Shown: piece by piece, positions 1 to 11,670 of the stretch | Layout: each line of letters opens with the position of its first letter | How positions within the stretch are numbered: the stretch's first letter is position 1 | NCBI GenBank assembly: GCA_963555995.3 | Contig: OY821641.1 | Span: forward strand, 1,600,001-1,664,000 | DNA length: 64,000 bases | Direction of reading: 5' to 3' | Source of the DNA: Vicinamibacteria bacterium | GTDB lineage: Bacteria; Acidobacteriota; Vicinamibacteria; Marinacidobacterales; Marinacidobacteraceae | Made by a program: the position numbers and the translations under genes | The notes under the pieces: generated by a model | Told to the model about the DNA's origin: nothing | The model's database searches: none | What the model saw: only the letters and a program-made list of their open reading frames with translations

Positions 1-178
1 GACGTTCTCGATGAGTCCGAACGCCATACCCGAGACGAAGCGCCTGATTGCGGTTCAGGACACGCGCCGGGCCGAGGAGATCGCCCAGCAGAGCGTTCGG
101 CTGACGACGTCGCGGCGGGTCCGCGCCCGCGTCCTGCGGGCCGTCCGGGAGAGGAGTTCCACAACGGATTCGGGGTAG
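1..178 (+). CDS. C-terminal end (partial) of a PEP-protein phosphotransferase (PTS enzyme I, PtsI/PtsP-like)
   Basis: Frame 2 reads TFSMSPNAIPETKRLIAVQDTRRAEEIAQQSVRLTT...VRARV and ends TAG at 176-178. It resembles the 'LSMSxxxIPxVKxxI...AxxLAxxAL' C-terminus of enzyme I. Not in the ORF track because the start is outside the window. Confidence 0.6.
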   Translation, partial: TFSMSPNAIPETKRLIAVQDTRRAEEIAQQSVRLTTSRRVRARVLRAVRERSSTTDSG

Positions 179-258
179 CCGAAGAACGTTCCCAGCCGTT
201 TCGACCGTCTGCACCCGGTAGGTGGTGCTGTGAAAAACACGCGGTAAAGGAAACAGAT

Positions 259-392
259 GGAAGCGAACCCTCGGTTCGCTTCCGGCGATTTCGGGGGAAA
301 GTGTGAAAGGGGGTTACCCCCTTTCACAAGAAAGTAACGACAAATCGGAACTCGCCGAAGCGTGCGCCAGCACGCGAGGGAGTTTCGATTTG
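259..392. repeat. Cluster of strong palindromes between convergent genes (possible terminator or palindromic element)
   Basis: GGAAGCGAACC-ctc-GGTTCGCTTCC (259-283); TGTGAAAGGGGG-tta-CCCCCTTTCACA (302-328); CAAATCGGAACTC...GAGTTTCGATTTG (341-392). Confidence 0.7.
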
Positions 393-496
393 CGGCGCGA
401 AGCGCCGGGCGGTTCCCGGATGGGCCCCCACTTTCCATGAGCGATGGGATCCACCTTGGCCCCCGATCGTGGCCCATCCGGGGACCGCTCGACGGA

Positions 497-3898
<3,402 letters not shown>

Positions 3899-3910
3899 GA
3901 AGCCTGATGG

Positions 3911-4097
3911 CTAGTAGCCGGTGGGCAAAGTGGCGTGAGCGCCGAAAGCGGTGAGGCGCCCGGCTGACAAGGCGCGCGAGGTAGGAATACCAGAGGTCTT
4001 TCGACCGATGCGCAACGACGAGCGCCGCGGAGCGGCGCGGTTCAGCCGGGATGCATCGCCGCTTGAACGCCACGCCACTTTGTTCACCGGCTGCTGG
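3911..4097 (+). mobile_element. 187-bp MITE-like element, copy 1
   Basis: Imperfect terminal inverted repeats CTAGTAGCCGGTGGGCAAAGTGGCGTG / CACGCCACTTTGTTCACCGGCTGCTGG. Aligns end to end with the reverse complement of 7526-7712. Confidence 0.85.
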
Positions 4098-4104
4098 ACA
4101 TCAG

Positions 4105-5751
4105 TTACTCGACACGGCCTTCAAGGAACCACGAGCGCCGTTCCCGGTCAAAGAAAACCCAGCAGACATCGCCGCGTTTCAGGCGGACGAAAAAGTAGTC
4201 CCGAGAGACCGGCCTTCCCGAAAGCAGACGCCACCAGCCTCCGGAGACGCGGAAGGGACCGGTGAAACTCTGAACGGGACCGTGGTCCACGCCCCGGAGC
4301 AGCCAACCATCGGGTTCGCCGGGACCCCGATGGGGAAGGATGAGCGGCTGGTCGTAGATGCGGCGAATCAGGCGAGGGGTCCGGGTTTCGAAAAAATCCC
4401 GCGGCGGGCTCTTGCCCGGAACATTCCGGACGGTGGCCTCTTCCGGAGAGACCGGCCGGCACCGGTAGCGTCCCCGCGGAAGGTGCGCATCCCGGATTTC
4501 CAGCCGGACCAGGGAGTCTTCGCCGAATTCGGCCTGAACCTGGGCCAGCGCTTCCGAAGCCCTCTTCGGGCCGGTGGAAAGGGCTTCCCCGGGGCGCTGG
4601 TACAGGCCGGGCTGTTCCGCGGCGTAGATACCGCCGCGAGCCCGGAGAACGAGGCCGAGGATCCTTCTCGGTTCCTCTTCCGGGCCTGGGGAGGGTCTCG
4701 GAAGCACTCGCGGCCCGGCGCCGGCCCGGTTCTCCAGCGAGCTGGCCCCGAGCCGCAGGCGGAGCAGGGAGAGGAGCTTCACGCCGTCCTCGGTGGGAAG
4801 GGCGGGACGGACGGACCCGGAAATGGGCGGAGCGTCTTCGCACTCCACCTCGTAGGCGAGTTCGACGACCGCGAGGCCCTGTTTCCCGAGATCGGCGAGG
4901 ATCCGGTCGAGCAGGCGCTTCGCGTGGAAGATGAGCCGCTCGATGTCGGTCTCGGGAGGTTCGAAGGAGACCCGCTGTTCTACCGGCGTCTCCCGGCGGA
5001 AGGTCTGGGAAACCGGCGCGGAGCTCTCTCCGGTGCCAAGGCGGTGGAGTTCCAGGACCTCCTTCCCGAAGCGGTTCGCCAGTCCTCGTCCGGACCGTCC
5101 CTCCCCGGCCAGGCGCAGCAGCTCCCGAAGCGATGAGATGCCGAGCTTCTCCAGACCGGCGAGGGTCTTCTCCGGCAGTCCGAAGCGGACGAGCGGGGCC
5201 CGGAGGGCAGCGGTTCTTTCCTCGGCGGGACTTTCGAAGATCTGGAGTCCGAACGTGGCCCGCGCCGCCGCAAAGGAGTGGAACCGGGTAAAGCCCACCG
5301 CGATCGAGACGCGGAACCCGTCGCCCCGGAGATCGTTCGAGAGCGCCTCGATCCAGTCCGAAAGCGGACCGAACAACCCGGTCAGGCCGGATGCCCGCAG
5401 CCAGAAGGTTCCGGCAGCGCCGCACCCGGACAGTTGGGGAGCGAGGGAGGAAGCCGATTCGACCTGGGGACTCCAGCGGTGGAGCCGTTCGGCCAGCCGG
5501 TGGACTTCCCGCGCTACTTCCGAAGCGCGGACATGACCGATCCGGAGCGCGGGGCAGCAGGCGGTCGCGGCGGCCTGCCGCATCCCCGGGCGCGCCCCGA
5601 GAGTGATCGCCCGGCGGTTCGCCCAGGAAATGCGTGCCCGCACCGTGTCCTCGGTGACCACCGCCACCGGTTCCTGCCGCCATTCGGGATGCCGCCGCAG
5701 CAGGATCTGGAGCGGCAGCGCCGGAACGTCAACACATGCCAGCCGGTTCAC
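4105..5751 (-). CDS. imuB: ImuB, inactive Y-family DNA polymerase of the mutasome
   Basis: N-terminal RLACVDVPALPLQ, LGARPGM, WSPQVE; C-terminal GPFRVSGGWW...RDYF...CWVFFD...WFLEG typical of ImuB. Sits between imuA and dnaE2. Confidence 0.9.
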   Translation of the reverse strand: MNRLACVDVPALPLQILLRRHPEWRQEPVAVVTEDTVRARISWANRRAITLGARPGMRQAAATACCPALRIGHVRASEVAREVHRLAERLHRWSPQVESASSLAPQLSGCGAAGTFWLRASGLTGLFGPLSDWIEALSNDLRGDGFRVSIAVGFTRFHSFAAARATFGLQIFESPAEERTAALRAPLVRFGLPEKTLAGLEKLGISSLRELLRLAGEGRSGRGLANRFGKEVLELHRLGTGESSAPVSQTFRRETPVEQRVSFEPPETDIERLIFHAKRLLDRILADLGKQGLAVVELAYEVECEDAPPISGSVRPALPTEDGVKLLSLLRLRLGASSLENRAGAGPRVLPRPSPGPEEEPRRILGLVLRARGGIYAAEQPGLYQRPGEALSTGPKRASEALAQVQAEFGEDSLVRLEIRDAHLPRGRYRCRPVSPEEATVRNVPGKSPPRDFFETRTPRLIRRIYDQPLILPHRGPGEPDGWLLRGVDHGPVQSFTGPFRVSGGWWRLLSGRPVSRDYFFVRLKRGDVCWVFFDRERRSWFLEGRVE

Positions 5752-6658
5752 GGCATTTCCTTTCGAACCGGACTCCGGGGAGAAGGCGGTCCCGGCCCCG
5801 GAGCGGCGGCAGTCCCGGAGAGGAGGGAACCCCGTTCCCCTTGTCCTTGAGCACGGTGATGACGATGTCGTTTCCCCGGCGGCTCGCGTCGAAGCGCTTG
5901 CCCACCCGAGGGTCGAGCGATGGGGCGGCCGGTGGTTTGTCGGTCAGCAGGACGACCGCGGTTCGGTACTTGTGCGCGAGTCCGGCAAGCCGCGACAGGT
6001 GCGGGAGCCCGGGAGGAGTGCCCGGACGGGACCTTGGAGTCCTCCCGGATGCCGCGGCGGAGTCCGGCCCCGATTCCCGAACCGATTGGCGAACCGATTG
6101 AGGACCGGAACGCTCCGGCGGGAGCGAATCGGCAAGGTCCACGACCACCAGTCCGAAAGCTCCCGAGTGGACAACCCGGGTGGCGGCGCGAATCTGCGCT
6201 CCCGGTGTTTCCAGCCGCAGCAGGACCAGCCGGTCCAGCGCGATCCCCGATTCCACCGCGTCCGGGGGAAAGAAGAGGCTGCGGGTCGTCGCGATCCAGG
6301 CGATCAGGGCGGGGTCTGGGGCGGGGCCCGCGCCATCCAGGTCGGTTGCGGCGCGCGTTTCGCGGCCTTCGGCCGCGTGCCGACCGGAGGTCGGCGTTCC
6401 AAGCCGGAGCTGATGATGCTGGGCCTCGGCGACCAGCGCCAGCGCCGAAGACAGGACGCCGGAATCCGCCGTCCCGGAGATTTCCACGAGGCTGCCGGCA
6501 AGCCGGGCAAGCCCCCACTTCGCGAGTTCCCGGCCAGGATGCGGTTCCTGGGTCCGGGCGGGGTGGGTTCGGCGGAGTCCGGGTTGTCCGGACGGAACGG
6601 CGGAGCGGGCCGCGGACGGAACCGGGGACCGAAGGGAGGCAAGGGTTTGTGGCATCAC
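5729..6658 (-). CDS. imuA: ImuA / RecA-like mutasome accessory protein (start uncertain)
   Basis: GSLVEISG, IAWI...FFPPDAVESGIALDRLVLL, SGAFGLVVVDL, RLAGLAHKYRTAVVLL form a degenerate RecA fold. Overlaps the imuB start. Confidence 0.8.
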   Translation of the reverse strand: MMPQTLASLRSPVPSAARSAVPSGQPGLRRTHPARTQEPHPGRELAKWGLARLAGSLVEISGTADSGVLSSALALVAEAQHHQLRLGTPTSGRHAAEGRETRAATDLDGAGPAPDPALIAWIATTRSLFFPPDAVESGIALDRLVLLRLETPGAQIRAATRVVHSGAFGLVVVDLADSLPPERSGPQSVRQSVRESGPDSAAASGRTPRSRPGTPPGLPHLSRLAGLAHKYRTAVVLLTDKPPAAPSLDPRVGKRFDASRRGNDIVITVLKDKGNGVPSSPGLPPLRGRDRLLPGVRFERKCREPAGMC

Positions 6659-6709
6659 GGTTTTCTCTCGACCGGTATCGGACTCGTCAGGCAGACCTCA
6701 TGGGGGGAT

Positions 6710-7345
6710 TCAGCGAATCCGGCGTCGCAATTCCACAACTCTCCCGAGGATCCGGCAGGATCCGGGAGGTGGACGGAGCGTGTCGAAGCCGGGGTTTTCC
6801 GGCCGCAGCTCCATCCCGCCCGGTCCCAGGTGGAGCCGCTTCACCGTGGCTTCCTCTTCAAGGAGCGCCACCACGATCTGACCGGAAACGGGCGTTCCCC
6901 GCCGTTCGACGATGACGGTGTCTCCGGGCAGGATGCCGGCGCCGGACATGCTTTCCCCTCGAACCCGGAGGGCGAAGTAGTCCGCGAGATCCCGGGAATC
7001 GGGGATTTCCACCGGGAGGTTCCCCTCCGGGTTCTGGATGGCCTCTTCGAAACCGCCGGCGGCGACCTCACCCAGGAGGGGGACCGGCTGAAGGCGGCCC
7101 GTGGACCAGTCCGGCGCCGGAAAGGACGGCTGTTTGGGCAGGCGATAGCCGCGGGCCCGGCCCGGCTCCTTGACCAGGCGCCCCTCTGCGACGAGAGCGG
7201 CGAGATGGGCCCGGACGGTCTCGACGGCCCGGAAACCGAAGTGCCGCTGCACTTCGCGCAGGGAAGGGGAGTCTCCCCGCAGGAGACAGTCGCGCACGAA
7301 GCGGAAAACTCGGTTCCGGGTCTGTCCCGGAGGGGTCTTGGGCAC
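6710..7345 (-). CDS. lexA: LexA-family SOS repressor (S24 peptidase)
   Basis: wHTH PSLREVQRHFGF...VRAHLAALVAEGRL...RARG, cleavage site VAAG, catalytic VRGESM and EATVKRL. Probable GTG start at 7345 rather than the ORF-track 7420. Confidence 0.93.
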   Translation of the reverse strand: MPKTPPGQTRNRVFRFVRDCLLRGDSPSLREVQRHFGFRAVETVRAHLAALVAEGRLVKEPGRARGYRLPKQPSFPAPDWSTGRLQPVPLLGEVAAGGFEEAIQNPEGNLPVEIPDSRDLADYFALRVRGESMSGAGILPGDTVIVERRGTPVSGQIVVALLEEEATVKRLHLGPGGMELRPENPGFDTLRPPPGSCRILGRVVELRRRIR

Positions 7346-7351
7346 GCGCAC

Positions 7352-7379
7352 AGCATAACAGACATTTGTCTGGTATGCT
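7352..7379. promoter_or_regulatory. Candidate LexA operator overlapping the lexA promoter
   Basis: Near-perfect palindrome AGCATA-a-CAGACA-tt-TGTCTG-g-TATGCT. On the minus strand, TATGCT (-10-like) lies 6 nt upstream of the lexA GTG. Confidence 0.7.
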
Positions 7380-7397
7380 AAAGCAAGGAAACGGCTG

Positions 7398-7515
7398 GGA
7401 ACGCCGGCTTCAGCCGGCACCCGCTGCGCGGAGCGCAGCGGAACGACATACCGTCGCTGCCCGCATGGCGCGTGGGCAGGCCGGTGGCGCCATCACGGCC
7501 GGAGGCCGGCGCTCC
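7398..7515. repeat. REP-like palindrome pair (family GGA[A/G]CGCCGG-loop-CCGGC)
   Basis: GGAACGCCGGCTTCAGCCGGC at 7398-7418 and an inverted partner GGCCGGAGGCCGGCGCTCC at 7497-7515. Confidence 0.75.
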
Positions 7516-7525
7516 GAGGCTTCCC

Positions 7526-7712
7526 CTAGCAGCCTGTGGACAAAGTCACGCGGCATTCGAACGCCGATGCATCCCGCCTGAACCGCGCCTCTACGAGGCG
7601 CTCTGCGTTGCGTTTCGGTCGGAATACACCCGGTATTCCTCCCTCACGCGCCTTGTCAGCCGGGCGCCTCGGCGTTCTCGGTGCTCACCTCACTTTATCC
7701 ACAGGCTGCTAG
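7526..7712 (-). mobile_element. 187-bp MITE-like element, copy 2
   Basis: Terminal inverted repeats CTAGCAGCCTGTGGACAAAGT / ACTTTATCCACAGGCTGCTAG with CTAG at both ends. The right CTAG contains the ssb stop codon. Confidence 0.88.
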
Positions 7713-8512
7713 AAGGGCACGTCGTCCACGTCGTCGCTCGTATTCACTCCGCTGGATCCCCAGGCGTCCGGCTGCTTCCGCTCCGCGCGCGACCCGGAGT
7801 CCTTTCCGGACCTCTGGCCGGAAGCCCGGCCCGCGGACTCATAGCCGCCGCGTCCCGAGCTGCCGCTGCCCAGGACCGAGTGGGCCCGGGTCTCGGTGAC
7901 CCGCCGTTCCCGTCCGCTGCGATCGTTGTACTTGCGGGTCTGCAGCATCCCCTCGACGAGGACCCGCTGGCCCTTCTCGAGCTGGCCCTCCAGCCGCTGC
8001 GCGGGTTCTCCGAACACCGCGACCTGGTGCCACTCGGTCTCCTCGTTGGTCTCCCCGTCCCGCCGGGTCCAGCTCTCGCTGGTGGCGATCCGCAGATTCA
8101 TCACCATGAAGTTGTCGAACTTCCTCAGTTCCGGGGTCTGGCCGAGGTTGCCCAGCACGATGGAGCGGTTGACCCCCGGCTCGGCGCCCTCGGACGCGCG
8201 CACGATGTCGGCCCGGACCTCCGTGGAATACATGTCCTCACCTTCCTGGTTCCGGTACTTGCGGGTCCGCAACTGCCCCTCGACGTACACCGGGCTGTCG
8301 GGCGCGAGTCCCTCGGCGACTGCCGCGTTCCGCTCGCCGCGAACCACGACCCGGTGCCAGGCGGGCCGCTCCCGCATCGCGCCGGTCTCGTCGTTTTCGA
8401 TGGTCACCGTCTTCACGTTCAGGTTGACCAGCTTCCGTCCGTCGTCGAAGACGCGCGTCCGCGGGGCGTCGGAAACCACCCCGCGCAGCACGATCTTGTT
8501 CACATCTCGCAT
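7709..8512 (-). CDS. ssb: Single-stranded DNA-binding protein with two tandem OB folds
   Basis: Two SSB domains (VNKIVLRG...WHRVVV...VYVEGQLRTRKY and VNRSIVLGNLG...EWHQVAVFG...VLVEGMLQTRKY), a Gly/Ser-rich linker and an acidic DDVPF tail. RBS AAGGAG precedes ATG 8512. Confidence 0.93.
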   Translation of the reverse strand: MRDVNKIVLRGVVSDAPRTRVFDDGRKLVNLNVKTVTIENDETGAMRERPAWHRVVVRGERNAAVAEGLAPDSPVYVEGQLRTRKYRNQEGEDMYSTEVRADIVRASEGAEPGVNRSIVLGNLGQTPELRKFDNFMVMNLRIATSESWTRRDGETNEETEWHQVAVFGEPAQRLEGQLEKGQRVLVEGMLQTRKYNDRSGRERRVTETRAHSVLGSGSSGRGGYESAGRASGQRSGKDSGSRAERKQPDAWGSSGVNTSDDVDDVPF

Positions 8513-8550
8513 TGCATCCACTCCTTCCGGCCGCCTCGAGCGGCCGGTTC

Positions 8551-9483
8551 TCACACGCCGGGGTCTCGCGGCGGCATGGCGTCCAGCTCCCTTTGCGCCA
8601 GACGCGCCGCCGTGGTTCCGGCAAAAACATCCAAGATGTCTTCAAAGATTTCGCGCGCATCGGACTCATGGCCCATTCGCCCGAAGATGAGGCCCTTCTT
8701 GTACCAGGCCTCGCCAATCTTGCTGCTGTCCGGGAAATCCCGAATCACGATGTCGAACTGTTCGAGAGCGTCCTCCAGCCGGTCCTGAGCCAGCCGGCAT
8801 TCTCCCATGAAGTAGCGGGCGTTGTCCGCGAGCTCGCCTCCCGACTCGGCGACCCGCTCGAAGCCGGCCAGGGCGAGGTCATAGCGCCCCTGGAGATAAT
8901 CCGCGTCGGCCTGCAGATAGATTTCGGAGACGCTCGGTTCATCCAGGACCGTGGCCCCTTCCGCGGCGCCCTCCTCACCGGAGCCTTCCTGCGGCGATGG
9001 TTCGTCCCCGGCCGCGGCTTCCGGCGTTTCGGCCTCCTCACCGTCCGGCGGCGCGGGGTCGCCGGCCTCCGCGGAACCGGCCCCCAGGAGCGCGGCGCGG
9101 CGCTGCGCCTCCCGTACCGACTCCACTTCCACCATCAGGGCCGAGAGGCGGCCATTCGTATCCCGGAAGGCCTCGCTCAACGTCGCGACGCTCCGTTCCA
9201 TGCGTTCGAGCGTATCCATCGTTTCGGCGCGGCTCTGGCGATCGGCGGTGAGCTGTTCCTCGCGGTCGGCGAGGAGAGCTTCCACGGCCTGGGAGAGGGC
9301 GGTCTGGGCTTCGACCAGCGTGGCGAGCTGCGCCTGGATCTGCCGGATCTCGGACACGATGCGGTTCTGGTCGCGTTGGGCGCCGGCCGGGGTCGCACCG
9401 AGGAGCGGCGTCGCGGAGAGGAAACCGAGGAGGACCGCGGCGACGAGCGCTGTGGTGGGGGACGCGGGTCGGAAAGACTTCAC
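8551..9483 (-). CDS. cpoB: Tol-Pal protein CpoB/YbgF (coiled coil plus TPR)
   Basis: Signal peptide, coiled coil, TPR YLQGRYDLALAGF...ADNARYFMGE...FPDSSK. GTGA overlap with the pal stop. Confidence 0.85.
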   Translation of the reverse strand: MKSFRPASPTTALVAAVLLGFLSATPLLGATPAGAQRDQNRIVSEIRQIQAQLATLVEAQTALSQAVEALLADREEQLTADRQSRAETMDTLERMERSVATLSEAFRDTNGRLSALMVEVESVREAQRRAALLGAGSAEAGDPAPPDGEEAETPEAAAGDEPSPQEGSGEEGAAEGATVLDEPSVSEIYLQADADYLQGRYDLALAGFERVAESGGELADNARYFMGECRLAQDRLEDALEQFDIVIRDFPDSSKIGEAWYKKGLIFGRMGHESDAREIFEDILDVFAGTTAARLAQRELDAMPPRDPGV

Positions 9484-10121
9484 TTGGCGACGATCTCCAG
9501 ATGGGCGCGGCGGTTTCGCCGCCAGGCGGCTTCGTTCCGGCCCGGGTCGAGAGGGAATTCCTTGCCGTAGCTGATGATCCGCATCCGGCCGGAACCGACG
9601 CCGAGATCCCGCAGGTAGTCGCGGACGGCCCGGGCGCGTTCCTCCCCGAGCGCCAGGTTGTACTCCACCGTGCCGCGTTCGTCGCAGTGCCCTTCGACGA
9701 GGATGCTGACCGAGGGATAGCGGGACAGCCACGCGGCGTTCTCTTCGAGGGTGGCCCGCATCGCCGGGGTGAGGTCGGCGCTGTCGTAGTCGAAATGCAC
9801 GTCCTCGAGGTATCCCTCGGCGTTCAGCTCCTCGAGGCTCTTGGCCCCGATGTCCAGCAGGTCGGTCTCGCTTCCGACCTCGGGCGGGATGGCCAGGATC
9901 TCGTCCTCGGTCAATCCGCCGGAATCCGAGGGCCCCGGATCGGATTCGCGTTCGACAGCGTCCTCCGAAGCCTCGGGAGGAGGCATCGGGCCGGGCGCCG
10001 GGTCGCTCCCGGTTGCCGGGGTGCGGTTGACGGAAGAACAGGCGAACCCCGCCAGCAGCGCGAGCAGGAGGGCGGCCGGGAGCGCCCGGCGGGTCGGAAG
10101 GAGTCTCGAATCTGGTCTCAT
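9480..10121 (-). CDS. pal: Peptidoglycan-associated lipoprotein
   Basis: Lipobox FAC; OmpA-like VHFDYDS...VEGHCDERGTVEYNLALGEERA...ISYGKE...NRRA. Confidence 0.95.
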   Translation of the reverse strand: MRPDSRLLPTRRALPAALLLALLAGFACSSVNRTPATGSDPAPGPMPPPEASEDAVERESDPGPSDSGGLTEDEILAIPPEVGSETDLLDIGAKSLEELNAEGYLEDVHFDYDSADLTPAMRATLEENAAWLSRYPSVSILVEGHCDERGTVEYNLALGEERARAVRDYLRDLGVGSGRMRIISYGKEFPLDPGRNEAAWRRNRRAHLEIVAK

Positions 10122-10131
10122 GGGGGCGACT

Positions 10132-11670
10132 TCATTGCGGGTTTCCGGGAGGGTTGCCCCAGCGCGGGGTGGTGTTGCTCCCCTCGCGCGTGAGCTGCTT
10201 CAGATTGGAGCCGTCCCGGTGCATGGTGAACACCTGGTCGCTGCCGGCCCGGTTGGAGGCGAACGCGAGGTGCAGGCCGTTGGGAGCCCACGAGGGACTC
10301 TCGTTGCTGCCGCGGCCGGTGGTGAGCTGGCGGGTCTGCCGGGTCTCGAAGTCATGGACGACGATGTCGAAGGGGCGGCGCTCGATCCGGGAGGCGTAGG
10401 CGATCTCGCTGTGCTGGCGTGACGGGGACCAGGCGGGGGAATCGTTGTACGAGCCCTCGAAGGAAACCCGCCGCAGGTTCAGTCCGTCCCGGTCCATGGT
10501 GTAGATCTGCGGGGCTCCGGTCCGATCCGAGGTGAAGGCGATCGTGCGTCCGTTCGGGGACCAGGTGGGGGCGACATCAATGGCGCGGTTGTCGGTGAGC
10601 CGCCGCAGCTCGGCGCCGTCCACCGCAGCCAGATAGATCTCCGACTGGCCGTCGCGATTCGAAGTGAACGCGATCCACCTCCCGTCCGGCGACCACGCCG
10701 GGGTGAAGGACTGGAACTCTCCCACCAGCTTCTCGCCGCGGCCCTGATAGAGGAAGGCGAGATAGAGGGCCGGAGCGCCTTCGCGGTAGGAGATGTAACT
10801 GAGCGCCCGCCCGTCCGGCGACCAGCTCGGGGTGATGTTCAGGGAGCCGTTGGCGGTCACCGGGCGTTGCCCGTGACCGTCGTAGTCCATCAGGTAGATC
10901 TCCTTGCTGCGCGGGCCCGAGCGGCTGGTGGAGAAGGCGATCCGGGTGCGGGCGACGCCCTGGTAGTTCCCGGCGTGCTGCAGGATGTCGTCCGCGATCC
11001 GGTGGGCGAGGGTGCGGGCGGCGCCGCGGGCGGCCGTGTAGCGGCGGCCGAAGACGTTCTCCTGCGCCCGGACGGCGTGCATCCGCACTTCGGCAACGAG
11101 AAACTCGCCATCAATCCGGAGGTCTCCACGGATCAGGATGTCGGCGCCGATGGATTCCCACTGGTAGTAGTCGAGAACGCCTTCCGGCGATCCGGCTTCG
11201 GCGATCCGGTAGAAGCGCTTCGGAAGCATCCGGTACACCCCGGCGTACTCGATGTCGTTCCACAGGACTTCGCTGGCCACCGACGCCGATTCGGCCGCTT
11301 CCCCGGCCACCGTGGATCCCGCGTCGGAAAGCGGTTCCGCCGGGGCGGCGTCCGATCCCTCGGCCCGGATCCCGCCCTCGGAGGCTTCGGGCGCCGCCCA
11401 CCGGAAGTCCGGGATGGCCATCCGCACCGGAGCGCCCGGACGGGTGATGTCGAGGTACCAGTCGCCGGTGTCCTGGGTCGCGGCCTCGGCCGGGAACGCC
11501 CCGAGACTCGTGACTTCCACCTCCGGAGCGCCGCTTCCGGGCTCGGCTGCCGGACCGCTACCCGCGAACCCGGCGATCCCGGTCACCGGGACGAAACCCG
11601 AGGCGACTCCGGTGGCCAGCGCGGCGCCCAGCACCGGCAGAACGAGGCGAGGCAGGCGGGGAGATTTCAT
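10132..11670 (-). CDS. tolB: Tol-Pal beta-propeller TolB
   Basis: AHRIADDI...TRIAF followed by repeated PD40 motifs (PSWSPDG, PAWSPDG, PTWSPNG). Confidence 0.93.
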   Translation of the reverse strand: MKSPRLPRLVLPVLGAALATGVASGFVPVTGIAGFAGSGPAAEPGSGAPEVEVTSLGAFPAEAATQDTGDWYLDITRPGAPVRMAIPDFRWAAPEASEGGIRAEGSDAAPAEPLSDAGSTVAGEAAESASVASEVLWNDIEYAGVYRMLPKRFYRIAEAGSPEGVLDYYQWESIGADILIRGDLRIDGEFLVAEVRMHAVRAQENVFGRRYTAARGAARTLAHRIADDILQHAGNYQGVARTRIAFSTSRSGPRSKEIYLMDYDGHGQRPVTANGSLNITPSWSPDGRALSYISYREGAPALYLAFLYQGRGEKLVGEFQSFTPAWSPDGRWIAFTSNRDGQSEIYLAAVDGAELRRLTDNRAIDVAPTWSPNGRTIAFTSDRTGAPQIYTMDRDGLNLRRVSFEGSYNDSPAWSPSRQHSEIAYASRIERRPFDIVVHDFETRQTRQLTTGRGSNESPSWAPNGLHLAFASNRAGSDQVFTMHRDGSNLKQLTREGSNTTPRWGNPPGNPQ

